A stretch of DNA of 64,000 nt from a virus, in the IMG/VR virus record IMGVR_UViG_3300021962_000023, positions 134,535 through 198,534 of that record. One strand, given 5' to 3'. Below the pieces are notes generated by a model. It worked only from the letters and a program-made list of their open reading frames with translations, had not been told where the DNA came from and made no database searches. This document shows, in pieces, positions 19,447 to 29,500 of this stretch (position 1 is the stretch's first letter; each line of letters begins with the position of its first letter). A program made the position numbers and the translations under genes.

Positions 19447-20211
19447 TTAACTTTTTCTTGTTAGTAGTGTCAGTCCTGTCGAGGTTGGTCTTTTTGTTCC
19501 AAATATACGAAAATTTTTTAAATTTACCAAATTCCAATCGGTATTGTTTTCTAATTCTTTTACAAATTTTGCAGGCCCATCAAATGTGGCAAAATCTTTT
19601 TTTGCATCTTCAGTAACAATAAATGTATCGTGATATAATTGGTCAGTATCATGAATAGTTATGATTCCATTTTCGGATATTATAGTTGAATATAAATCAA
19701 AATCTTTTTTAACTCCTTCATACGAATGGTCGCCATCTATATGTAGATAATCAATTTTAATATCCTGTCTAACAAAGTAATCGTAAAATGCTCTCTCCGA
19801 AGTTTCTAATATAATTTGAGGGCTGAAATGTTTTCTAAGGAATGAATCTTCTTCAGTCCAATCGGTAAATCCACCCACCCCATTTGAGGCATCTACTATA
19901 ATAGTTGTACCAACATCGCCCCACTCATTTGATGAATTTCCTTCAAATATATTTTGAGAATGTAAATCAACTCTGGCTTGAGTCATTAATCGTGGAATAA
20001 ATCCACCACCACTTCCAATACACACACATACCTTTGCTCTTATAAATTGTATGAATGAATATACCAATAACCCATCTCCCAAATGTAAATCAGTTGCACC
20101 ATGCGTCCAACGATAGTTTATAGGAGTATGTATTTGATTACCCTCTTCATCAAATTGATGATTATTAGTAAGGTAATCTTTAACTATATTTAAATTTATA
20201 AGACTTTGCAT
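19447..20211 (-). CDS. class I SAM-dependent methyltransferase (Methyltransf_24-like)
   Basis: Motifs CIGSGGG and LHIDGDHSYEGVKKDF...GIITIHDT. The start was moved to the second Met. Confidence 0.8.
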   Translation of the reverse strand: MQSLINLNIVKDYLTNNHQFDEEGNQIHTPINYRWTHGATDLHLGDGLLVYSFIQFIRAKVCVCIGSGGGFIPRLMTQARVDLHSQNIFEGNSSNEWGDVGTTIIVDASNGVGGFTDWTEEDSFLRKHFSPQIILETSERAFYDYFVRQDIKIDYLHIDGDHSYEGVKKDFDLYSTIISENGIITIHDTDQLYHDTFIVTEDAKKDFATFDGPAKFVKELENNTDWNLVNLKNFRIFGTKRPTSTGLTLLTRKS

Positions 20212-21170
20212 ATTTCCGTAACCCAATTTTGTTTATTTGTAAATTTTTCTAATCCTTTCTTTAACCTATCGAATTGTTTTTTATTTTTTTCAAAACCATC
20301 TTCCAATATTCTTAAATACTGATAATGGAATTGTTTTTTATTGATTGCTCTATATCGATACTTTATATCCCTCATCCAGTCCGAATGTATAATTGGTAAT
20401 TTACCATTATCAATCGCATCAAATATTGCATACCCAAATGGTTCTTTAGTATAACAACCATGAAATATCTTAAATTGTTTTTCAAAAAATTTGTTGTGAA
20501 AACGATAATCAAATTCTATGAAAGTATGTACATCTGCGTTTATCTTACTACCCTCTAACATTCGTTTGTAATCGTATTTGTTTGAGAATATGAAAGCAGG
20601 AATTGCATCCAAATAATGTGCATTCTTTCGTGTTTCACACCTTGCCGCATATCCAATTTTATTACTTGCTACATCTTCGAATGGTTTATTATTTTTCCAT
20701 TCGTAATAATTTGGTATTGTAATTGTATTTGGAAAATATGTGTGTATCGTATCTTTTTCATAACCTATCCATACAATATTTTTGGAATTATCTAAAATAT
20801 CTTTTTGCCAATGCCAATCCAATCGTGTCATTAGATTTTCGTATTCATCGTTTAACCCTAACATATCAGGAATAAATGCATGAACAAATGTTGTGTGAGT
20901 TTTGTGAAGATACTTTTTGATTATAGGATTTGGTTTGTAAGAATGATGTAGAAAAACTATCTTATCACACTCATCTAATATCTTATCTATTTCTTCATCG
21001 TTTTGAAAAGTGTAAATTGCCCCTTTTTCTGGTAACAAAGGTCTGCCATCAACTACAATTTTGTAATCTTCCGTAACTAATGGTAAAACATTCTCCATAA
21101 AGTTATTACACCATATATCAGAACCTCCTATTATATTTTTTCCGTAACCTGTTGTTATGAATACTATCAT
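20196..21170 (-). CDS. GT4-like glycosyltransferase (GT-B fold)
   Basis: Motifs IGGSDIW, IGYAARCETRKN and EPFGYAIFDA (EX7E-like). Confidence 0.7.
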   Translation of the reverse strand: MIVFITTGYGKNIIGGSDIWCNNFMENVLPLVTEDYKIVVDGRPLLPEKGAIYTFQNDEEIDKILDECDKIVFLHHSYKPNPIIKKYLHKTHTTFVHAFIPDMLGLNDEYENLMTRLDWHWQKDILDNSKNIVWIGYEKDTIHTYFPNTITIPNYYEWKNNKPFEDVASNKIGYAARCETRKNAHYLDAIPAFIFSNKYDYKRMLEGSKINADVHTFIEFDYRFHNKFFEKQFKIFHGCYTKEPFGYAIFDAIDNGKLPIIHSDWMRDIKYRYRAINKKQFHYQYLRILEDGFEKNKKQFDRLKKGLEKFTNKQNWVTEICKVL

Positions 21171-21181
21171 ATTTTATTTAT

Positions 21182-22723
21182 TTATACAATTCCACCTCCG
21201 CTTCCATCGCATTTAATAGCAGTACCTAATGTTCCATTCCAATACCTAATCCAAGCACCATCCGAATAATATCCTTCCGGCGGCGAACCTGTTCCATTTG
21301 AGTATAAATAGAATTCTGTTGCGAATTTCCAACTATTATCGTATTGTCCGATATAATATGTACTAGTTATATTACTACAAGCCGTTTGTGCATCATAATC
21401 AAATCCTAAATAAACTTCGGGATAATAAATCCATCCACAATATGTAGAATTTGTTTCAACATTTACCCAAGTATAGCCACCACTTCCGTCGTGATATTTT
21501 TGTTGCTTTGTATAGCCAGAACATTGATATTCGGTAGGACTAACAGGCCCATATGATGGAACTTGTATTGGACAATTTGCTCTTGAACCAAATGGCTGTG
21601 CAATCGTTGTAGCTCCATATCCTTTGCCTATCGGAACATATCTACCATTGTAACTAAGATAACCAATTGTAACAGTGGTTGGATATGATGAAAAATAGCT
21701 AGAAATAAATGTACTTGCATTTTCAAATGTAGCACCCGTTGGCATTTCGACTGTTATATTTGTATACGATGAATCACATCCACCATTGGTTCCAGATGGA
21801 ACACCTGCTGATGCTTCTCTAAATCGTACTCCCAAATAATTTGGTGGAGCTGGTAAATTAAATGTTATTTCATTAAAACTTACAACATTACCAACACTAT
21901 CAGCGATAAATGCTATATATGAGCCATTTGCTAAATTTAAAGCATAATCCCCAATTGCTCTATGAGTTGCATCCGTATTTAAATACCAATAATATCCCGT
22001 TCCGCTACCACCGCTCGCCGATGTAACTCTAATATAAGCTTCCCCTGCATATGTTCCGCCGGATGTTATAGTACCTGTCAATGATGGATAATTACAATTG
22101 ATGACATATCCAAATTTATCTCTAGTATTATTAGCACTATCTCGTATTTGTATCATCCAGTTACCATTTGGTAATATACCGCCGGTTGTACCAGTACCAT
22201 ATATCCAATTTGAATAGGATGAATCGGGGTCTGTTTCTATTTTGTATCTCCAAGTATAAGGTGCGCCGCTTCCTGCACTAAATGAACTAACATTTATATA
22301 TCCTTTATTTGGTGCATTTGATTGACAACCATAACTTGTTACTGCATTTAAATTCAATGTACAACTTCCATTAGAATTTACATATGCTTGTCCTTCGGTA
22401 TTAAAATTACTATCACCACTTGCTAAAGCATTTGCATTTGCTTGTGAAATGTATGATGTATATGTTTTTGTAAATGTAACACTACCGGCATCGTATCCAC
22501 TAGCACAATTGTTTCTTGTAAAAGTTCCACTTCTAGTTGCGTTATAATATACCGATGATTTACCATAAAATTCAGACATTTGTAAATCATTACTACCATC
22601 GGTTGTGTACGAAACCGAATAGGCAGTTCCAGCTGAAGCTAAATCTATTTGTGTACCCGATGCGATTCCTCTATCGGTATTAAATAAATTCATTGTAAGT
22701 TCTCCACTAGCAGGTATAGCCAT
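21182..22723 (-). CDS. putative tail/virion adhesin with a DUF5977-like domain and SprB-like repeats
   Basis: RSGTFTRNNC...YTSYISQANANALA...GQAYVNSNGSC resembles DUF5977. Also has GSGAPYTW and SGGSGTGYYW repeats, is Cys/Gly/Ser/Thr-rich, and directly follows the tail fibre. Confidence 0.6.
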   Translation of the reverse strand: MAIPASGELTMNLFNTDRGIASGTQIDLASAGTAYSVSYTTDGSNDLQMSEFYGKSSVYYNATRSGTFTRNNCASGYDAGSVTFTKTYTSYISQANANALASGDSNFNTEGQAYVNSNGSCTLNLNAVTSYGCQSNAPNKGYINVSSFSAGSGAPYTWRYKIETDPDSSYSNWIYGTGTTGGILPNGNWMIQIRDSANNTRDKFGYVINCNYPSLTGTITSGGTYAGEAYIRVTSASGGSGTGYYWYLNTDATHRAIGDYALNLANGSYIAFIADSVGNVVSFNEITFNLPAPPNYLGVRFREASAGVPSGTNGGCDSSYTNITVEMPTGATFENASTFISSYFSSYPTTVTIGYLSYNGRYVPIGKGYGATTIAQPFGSRANCPIQVPSYGPVSPTEYQCSGYTKQQKYHDGSGGYTWVNVETNSTYCGWIYYPEVYLGFDYDAQTACSNITSTYYIGQYDNSWKFATEFYLYSNGTGSPPEGYYSDGAWIRYWNGTLGTAIKCDGSGGGIV

Positions 22724-25700
22724 TATTTGTTATTTTTTAATTCGGTAATTTCTTTTTTCAATTCTTTTATGGATTCTATCAACAAAGGAATTATTTTTTC
22801 GTATCTAACCGCCAAATATCCATCTTCTCTTTTCATAACAACTTCAGGTAAAACTTCTTCTATTTGTTGAGCGATGACTCCGATATCGTGCTTTTTGATT
22901 AAACTTTGTGCATCTTTATCATCACCAACTTCCTTTTCCATATACTCTTCTGTCCAATCAAATTCAACTCCATCAATTTTATCAATTTTATCTAATGCGT
23001 TTTCTATTGGAATAATGTTTTCTTTCAATCTTTTATCCGATGAAGCGTATGCCGTAATATTTCCCGTTGCGGATAATGAACCACCGATTTTAACATATGC
23101 TCCAGTAAATGAACTTCTATCAATTCTTAAATAAGTATCTTGTGCATTTACTACTTGAAACCCTTTATCTGTAATTTCAGTTGCTTCAACCGATGATGCT
23201 ATCGAAACATTTGAAACGGAACTACTTTTTGCATAAAATTGAGTAGTAGCAGTTGTATTACTATATTGTGTTCTCCTCCAAACTAATCTAGCATAATATG
23301 TACCAGATGTGGCTGCAGAAAATGCTATACTATTAGTGGATGCTGAAATAGAAACAGTTCCTGTGCTACTTATACCATTACTACCCACTGTACCTGTACC
23401 AACTATGTTATTGAAATTAATATCAGATGCAATTTCCCAACCTACACCGACCCACAAATATCCACTCCAACCACCAGGAGTAGTAGCTATACCACCAACT
23501 GCGGCCATTGATATTGTTCCACTATATGTACCGGCTGCAGATACACTAAATGAGAATCCACTACCATATAATGATTGAGAACCTATGGTTGATACCGCAT
23601 CCGACCAAGACATAACATTATTACTACCAAATGAAATAGTTAAACTATTTCCAGCTCCTAAATCTGTCAAATCACCTGCTCTGATTGTTAATTTTGGGTT
23701 TCCAGATGTATTATTAACTGCTATTAATGGAGATGGTGAGAAAGTTAATCTACTATAACCACTACCATCAGGTGGAGATGATAATTTATCAGGATTGATA
23801 GTCCATCCACCAATTTGACCGGTCGTAAATACTGCATTTTTACCAGAAAATTCTAATGCGGATATGTGGGATGCATCTAATGTATTTGCTACAACTTTTC
23901 CCGTTGTAATAGAATTATCATCTATATAAGTTGCATTTACGGAATTTCTAGTAGCTAAAGAACCTAATCCCGATACCGATGCGTTTGGTACTGTAACACC
24001 TGCTTGCAATGTTAAAGATGTAGCGGTGATACCACCTTGAATAGCTAAATTTGTACCATCAAATGTCAATTTACTACCCAATGAAAATATATCAGTAGAG
24101 CCCGATTTAAAATAAAATGGAGTATTTGAATTATTATATGTACCCGTACCTACATAAATTGCCTTATTAGTACCATCTAATGTTATACCATTAGTACCTA
24201 CTTTTAAAACATTTGAAATATATCCATTTGCACCTGCTATAACGGGGGATATGATACTATCATTACTAATCAATGTTCCACCCGAATATGTGCCATTTGC
24301 TATACTGTCTGCTACTGATTTTGCATTTGTAAATGCCGCCGAAGCCGATAGTGCCGCATTAGAACCTGCTAAAGAAGCGGCCGCTGAACCCGATGTGACC
24401 GCATTTGTTCCTATTGTGTTTGCATAGGTTTGCGTTGCCGCATTTCCACCTGTTACATTTATTGTACCATTTACTTCCAAAGAACTACCATTCCATTTCA
24501 ATTGGTCTTTTAATGAAAATTGTCCGGCACTATCTAAATAAATTGCCGTATTTGAGTTATTGTATGTACCTGTTCCTATGTATATTTTACGAGTAGTGGT
24601 TCTTGCATCCAAATTAATTTGTGCTGCAGAGGTATCACCAACTGTAAATAATTCTTTTATATATCCAACTTGTCCACCAATTGCAGGAGAATAAATTGTA
24701 GTATCACCTATAAATGAACCACTATATTGTCCATCTGCTAATTCTTGTACTTTTGATAAAGAAGATGATAAAATTATTGAATTTGAAGAACTTACTGATG
24801 AACTCAATGATGTAATGGATGAACTTACCGATGAACTCAATGATGTAATACTACCACTTGCAGATGAACTATAAACAGTCATCGTTCCACTAATAGAAGA
24901 TGATACTGCGTATAATTGTGATAACGAAGAAGATGCCGATGAACTAATTAATGTTATCGTTCCACCTAAATTATTATTACCACCTGTAAATAATGCTGAT
25001 TGGGTAACTGCAACTGGCACATAGTTATTATTTACATCGTAAAATTCAAAATTAAATTCATAAGTTTCATTACCAATCACAGTTGGCATTGATGTTACAA
25101 ATTCAATTTCAGATGGTGAAAATGCAGTATCTTGTGTTAATTTTAAACTAACATTTCCTAAATGCCATTCACTTTGTGATTGTGAAAAATATAAACTTGC
25201 AGTTGGTTCTGCATTTGGTAATGTAAATTGAATAGTTTGGTCTTTTAAATTCTTTGTAGGAGTTATTCCATATAAAGTACCAACCAAATACTCACCATTA
25301 TTTGAACCACTAATATAAATACCCAAATTACTTGCAGTTGATGATGAATAAAATGCATCAATCCCTAATTCATACACACTTATATCTGATAAATTTAATG
25401 ATGAACTATATTTAAAATATCCACCACCATTTAATTTAACACCATTATCAATTCGACTTGAAGTCAATTGAGTAGTTACCCCATCTGCAATCCATAATTT
25501 TTCTAAAGTTTCGGATGTAAATAATCCAGCATTTCCAACTACACTACCACTTAATTCATAAGTTGTAAGTAATTCTTTCGATTCAACCAAAATATCTTGT
25601 ATTAAATCGGAATCGGAAATATCACCCAAAGAAGTTCTAAATACCTTTATCCTTTTAACATCACCTGCAAATGTTTCCATTTGAGATATTTTAATATTAG

Positions 25701-26292
25701 CAAAGGATGATACAACATTTGATTCAACTTTTAAACCATCAACTATTGTGTAAATTGGTGAAAGAGTTTCACTAATACTCGCCGATGGTCTTCTATAAAA
25801 ACGAATTTTAGTTGTATTCGCTAAAGATGGATTAACATTTATTTGTTTTTGCCACTTTACATTATATTGACCTTCCCATTCAAATGGAATAGGAGTATTT
25901 AATCCATTATTATTATATGATGATAATTCACCTAATATTGTAATTGTAGCAGGCCCATATGCCGTATCGGGGTAAATGTGAACCGCTACTACTTTGGAAA
26001 CACCCTCATAATATTCGGTAACAATTTCAGTTCCACCAACTGATGATGAAACTATACCTTCCCCTGGTTCGTGATAAATTACATTACCACTAGCATCTTT
26101 TATTTCTATCTTAATTAAGGTATCTGGTACCAAATATTCAGAACCTTGTATTAAAAATGCATTCTTACCACCCGTTAAGGTATCTGCTAATTCGGTTATT
26201 TTAAAATATTCACTATTCGGATTAGTATCAGTAACAAATGTTTGATATCTATCCAAATTTTCAGCAAATAAAGTTTTTTGTATTACAGCCAT
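22723..26292 (-). CDS. tail fibre/spike protein with a C-terminal intramolecular chaperone (Peptidase S74)
   Basis: C-terminal SSDKRLKENI...GVEFDW...GVIAQ...YEKIIPLLIESIKEL, preceded by a long Ser/Gly/Thr-rich body. Confidence 0.85.
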   Translation of the reverse strand: MAVIQKTLFAENLDRYQTFVTDTNPNSEYFKITELADTLTGGKNAFLIQGSEYLVPDTLIKIEIKDASGNVIYHEPGEGIVSSSVGGTEIVTEYYEGVSKVVAVHIYPDTAYGPATITILGELSSYNNNGLNTPIPFEWEGQYNVKWQKQINVNPSLANTTKIRFYRRPSASISETLSPIYTIVDGLKVESNVVSSFANIKISQMETFAGDVKRIKVFRTSLGDISDSDLIQDILVESKELLTTYELSGSVVGNAGLFTSETLEKLWIADGVTTQLTSSRIDNGVKLNGGGYFKYSSSLNLSDISVYELGIDAFYSSSTASNLGIYISGSNNGEYLVGTLYGITPTKNLKDQTIQFTLPNAEPTASLYFSQSQSEWHLGNVSLKLTQDTAFSPSEIEFVTSMPTVIGNETYEFNFEFYDVNNNYVPVAVTQSALFTGGNNNLGGTITLISSSASSSLSQLYAVSSSISGTMTVYSSSASGSITSLSSSVSSSITSLSSSVSSSNSIILSSSLSKVQELADGQYSGSFIGDTTIYSPAIGGQVGYIKELFTVGDTSAAQINLDARTTTRKIYIGTGTYNNSNTAIYLDSAGQFSLKDQLKWNGSSLEVNGTINVTGGNAATQTYANTIGTNAVTSGSAAASLAGSNAALSASAAFTNAKSVADSIANGTYSGGTLISNDSIISPVIAGANGYISNVLKVGTNGITLDGTNKAIYVGTGTYNNSNTPFYFKSGSTDIFSLGSKLTFDGTNLAIQGGITATSLTLQAGVTVPNASVSGLGSLATRNSVNATYIDDNSITTGKVVANTLDASHISALEFSGKNAVFTTGQIGGWTINPDKLSSPPDGSGYSRLTFSPSPLIAVNNTSGNPKLTIRAGDLTDLGAGNSLTISFGSNNVMSWSDAVSTIGSQSLYGSGFSFSVSAAGTYSGTISMAAVGGIATTPGGWSGYLWVGVGWEIASDINFNNIVGTGTVGSNGISSTGTVSISASTNSIAFSAATSGTYYARLVWRRTQYSNTTATTQFYAKSSSVSNVSIASSVEATEITDKGFQVVNAQDTYLRIDRSSFTGAYVKIGGSLSATGNITAYASSDKRLKENIIPIENALDKIDKIDGVEFDWTEEYMEKEVGDDKDAQSLIKKHDIGVIAQQIEEVLPEVVMKREDGYLAVRYEKIIPLLIESIKELKKEITELKNNK
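24788..24853. repeat. 33-bp tandem coding repeat (11-aa unit, SITSLSSSVSS)
   Basis: gaacttactgatgaactcaatgatgtaatggat followed by gaacttaccgatgaactcaatgatgtaatacta. Confidence 0.85.
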
Positions 26293-26306
26293 TATTCTCT
26301 TTTTAA

Positions 26307-26314
26307 ATAAATAT
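26307..26314 (-). promoter_or_regulatory. putative late promoter motif ATATTTAT upstream of the tail fibre
   Basis: ATATTTATT on the coding strand, 14 nt before the ATG at 26292; the motif recurs in the structural-block gaps. Confidence 0.5.
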
Positions 26315-26335
26315 TCTTAAAAAAATAAATCTACC

Positions 26336-26343
26336 ATATTTAT
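26336..26343 (+). promoter_or_regulatory. ATATTTAT motif upstream of the plus-strand RHH gene
   Basis: ATATTTATA on the plus strand, 50 nt before the ATG at 26394. Confidence 0.45.
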
Positions 26344-26344
26344 A

Positions 26345-26390
26345 TAAAGAAAACTAATGAATAGTTTATTAAACTAAAGAAAACTAAAGA
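26345..26390. repeat. direct repeats (TAAAGAAAACTAA x2; AAACTAA x3), possible operator
   Basis: 13-mer at 26345 and 26375; AAACTAA at 26351, 26371 and 26381. Confidence 0.55.
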
Positions 26391-26393
26391 GTT

Positions 26394-26573
26394 ATGAAAT
26401 ACGCTATGTTACAAATAAAAAAAGAAACCCATGAACTTCTCAAAAATTATTGCGAAGAACACGGGTTTAAAATGGGAAGTTTAGTGGAAAACTTAATTAA
26501 GAAACATGTTGGTGTAACTAAACCTCAAGCTAGTGTGTTGAAAGCTGACAAGGTTAGAAGTCAATCTTACTAA
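26394..26573 (+). CDS. ribbon-helix-helix (CopG/Arc-like) DNA-binding protein, 59 aa
   Basis: Hand translation gives MKYAMLQIKKETHELLKNYCEEHGFKMGSLVENLIKKHVG...: an alternating beta-strand, a helix, a G turn and a second helix. It is below the ORF-track size cutoff. Confidence 0.7.
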   Translation: MKYAMLQIKKETHELLKNYCEEHGFKMGSLVENLIKKHVGVTKPQASVLKADKVRSQSY

Positions 26574-29500
26574 ATCCATTTTCTTTTTTTATTTCTATCA
26601 ATCCATCTACGATATCTCGCATTTGTTCTAAGTGAGAAATTACCCAAATGAAATCAAATTGAGTTTTAAGATACTGCATCATCATAAATAAGGATGATAA
26701 GTTATCACTATCCAATGTACCAAATCCTTCATCGATTACTAAAAAGTTTGGACGAGGTAAATTACATACATTGATAAGTGCAACTCTAATAGCCAATCCA
26801 CTTACGAATTTCTCCATACCACTACACATTTCTAATGGCCACTCTTGGTCATCATAAACTATTTTTGCATTAATTGATTTACCATCAACTTCCATTACAA
26901 CTCCAAAATCTACTACTTGTGAAAGAATATTATTCACTTCATTTTCGATTACTGGCAATGCTTTAGAAATCAACTCATAAGGTATGCCATCTCTCTTAAC
27001 TGCATCTAAATAATAGGTGTATAGGCGATTCTTTTCTTCTAATTCCTTAACATCATTCATCTTACCTTTTATCCCCTCTATAAACGAAGATATGGAAGAA
27101 ATAGAACCATTCACACTTGCTATATCTTTAGTTACTTTTTTGATTTCACCTTCTATTTCGGATTTAGTTCTTTTTAAACCAGATATCACTTCGTTAATTT
27201 GTGCATTCTTTTTAATAGTTGCTTCATTGTCGTGATATTTCTGAATATTAACCTTAACCGATTCTAATTGATGTTCTAATAATTCTTCTTTAGTATTCAA
27301 TCCTTGCAATTCTGCTTCAGATTTTTCTTTAATAACAATTGCTTTACCATATTTAGCTCGCAACTCTAACATAGAATCGTATTGAGATTTTGCATCTTCA
27401 AACATATTCATAACATTAGAAAATCCACTTAAATCGTTTAAAGCTTCATCTACATTAACCTCTAAATATTCCAAATCTTCTTTTGCTTTCATTGCATCTT
27501 TTACGAATACATTATCACAACAAAATTTACAATTAGGGTCATATTGGTGTGAATCCAAATGTTTAATCTTCTCTTCCGCTGCTTCTAAAGTTTTTTGAGC
27601 AACATAGTAAATATTGTTTGCTACATTAAAATCCTTTTCGGCTTGTACATAATTGGAATTTGCTTCCTCAATATCAATATAATCATCTTCTGAAAAATAG
27701 AATTTCTTTTTATCTTCCATTGATGCTGATATCTCACTTATAACCTTTGTATAATTTTCTATATTTTCTACTTTGGCTTTCTTTTCTGCAAGAATGTGTA
27801 GGATATCTCTACCAATTGAATTTTGTTGTTTAGTTAAACTATCTAAATCCAAATTACCATCCATTGGAGTAAGTTCTGCACTTAATCCAACAATTCTATT
27901 ATTTAAATCAGTAGCATCATCGTTTAATCTACCCAATTCTTTTTCTAAATCCTTTAATTCAACCTTCTTATCTTTTAATTCAGTTGCCTTATCAGCCAAT
28001 TCAGATGTGAAATCGGTTTTCTTAAAGTTCTTAATTAGAACGGATACTTCTTTGATATCTTCGGTTGCAGTTTCATACAATTTATCGAATACATTCAATC
28101 CCATAAATTGTGCTAATAAATCTTTTCTTTCCGATTGTGATTTATCAATGAATAATGCGTTATTACCTTGTAATGAAAGAGCAGTTAATACGAAATCTTC
28201 ATACTTGCCAACATATTGTTCAATGATTTGGTTTGTATCTCGTCTCTCCGTTCCATTTAAAGATGTTTTATCATCCCCATCTTGTCTCCAGAATTGTACA
28301 TCTACTTTAACATTCTTTCCTTTGTTAATTGTCTTTGCGGTTCTTTCGATATGATAATCCAATCCATCAATTTGAAAGTGTAAATGACAAGAGAATTCTG
28401 ATTTACGATTATTTAGAATATTAGCTGCTTTGTAAGCTCTACTACTCTTATCATATAAACAAAATGATACTGCATCAAATAAAGATGATTTACCCTGTGC
28501 ATTTGGTGCAAATAATCCCATCAATCCACCTAACTTTGTGAAATCAATTTTGTTATTCTCTCCATAACTAAACATATTTGAAAACTCAAACTTAATTGGT
28601 TTCCATTGAATATTTCTTTGTACATCTTCATTTACAATTCTACTATTAATATCTCTATTGATTATTTGTAATTTATCCAAATCTTCTTTAACTACAAACG
28701 GCATCATTCTCTCAACATATTCATTGATAAGAGAGTTCTGATAATTGATATCCGAAATATCTTCAAAATCTAATTTGTTTAATCTATTACCTGTTTTTGA
28801 TTTAGAAAGAGAATCGGTTCTGATAATTGTGAAATCCTCAACACCATACCTCATCTTAATTTCAGCCATTACTCTTTTAGTATCAGCAGAATCAGTATTA
28901 GATAAACGAACTCTTAAACGAGGTTTCTTTGGCATATCCGATACAATAGGAACTTTCCCATTATCAATATCCATTGTGTAATATCCATAATCGTTGTGAA
29001 TATCAACCGATTCGTAAGTCATTGTATCCAAATTCCAAACAAGGAATCCGTGCTTATCCAAAGTTTCACCAAAGTTTTGTTGAACCAATGAACCGGCATA
29101 AACTACTTTACAACCTTTTGGAGAAATCATCTCTTGTCTTTTATGAATATCACCTAATAAGGCTAAATCATACCCATCGAACATATCGGTTGTAAAATGT
29201 CTACTACTTACAACATATCCAATATCTGTCATTGAATTATCAACTGGCCCGTGAAATAAAGCAATCTTTTTATTTCCACTTAAAGTTTCTGCTTTAGGCC
29301 AATTAGATTTATCATCAAAAATACTGAATACACCAAAATCCACTCCACCAATAGAGTAAACTTGCGTATCCCTCAAATATGTAAAGTTTGGTAAATTTAA
29401 TGCCTCCACAATTGGAGTAAGTACATCCAATCTATCGGAATTATTCATATTACAATCGTGATTACCTGTAATAAGAATAGTTTCACAATGTTTAGAACAT

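Noticed and set aside
24788-24853. Possible CRISPR mini-array
   Set aside because: Two contiguous 33-bp units with no spacer, in frame within a coding region, and no cas genes in the window.
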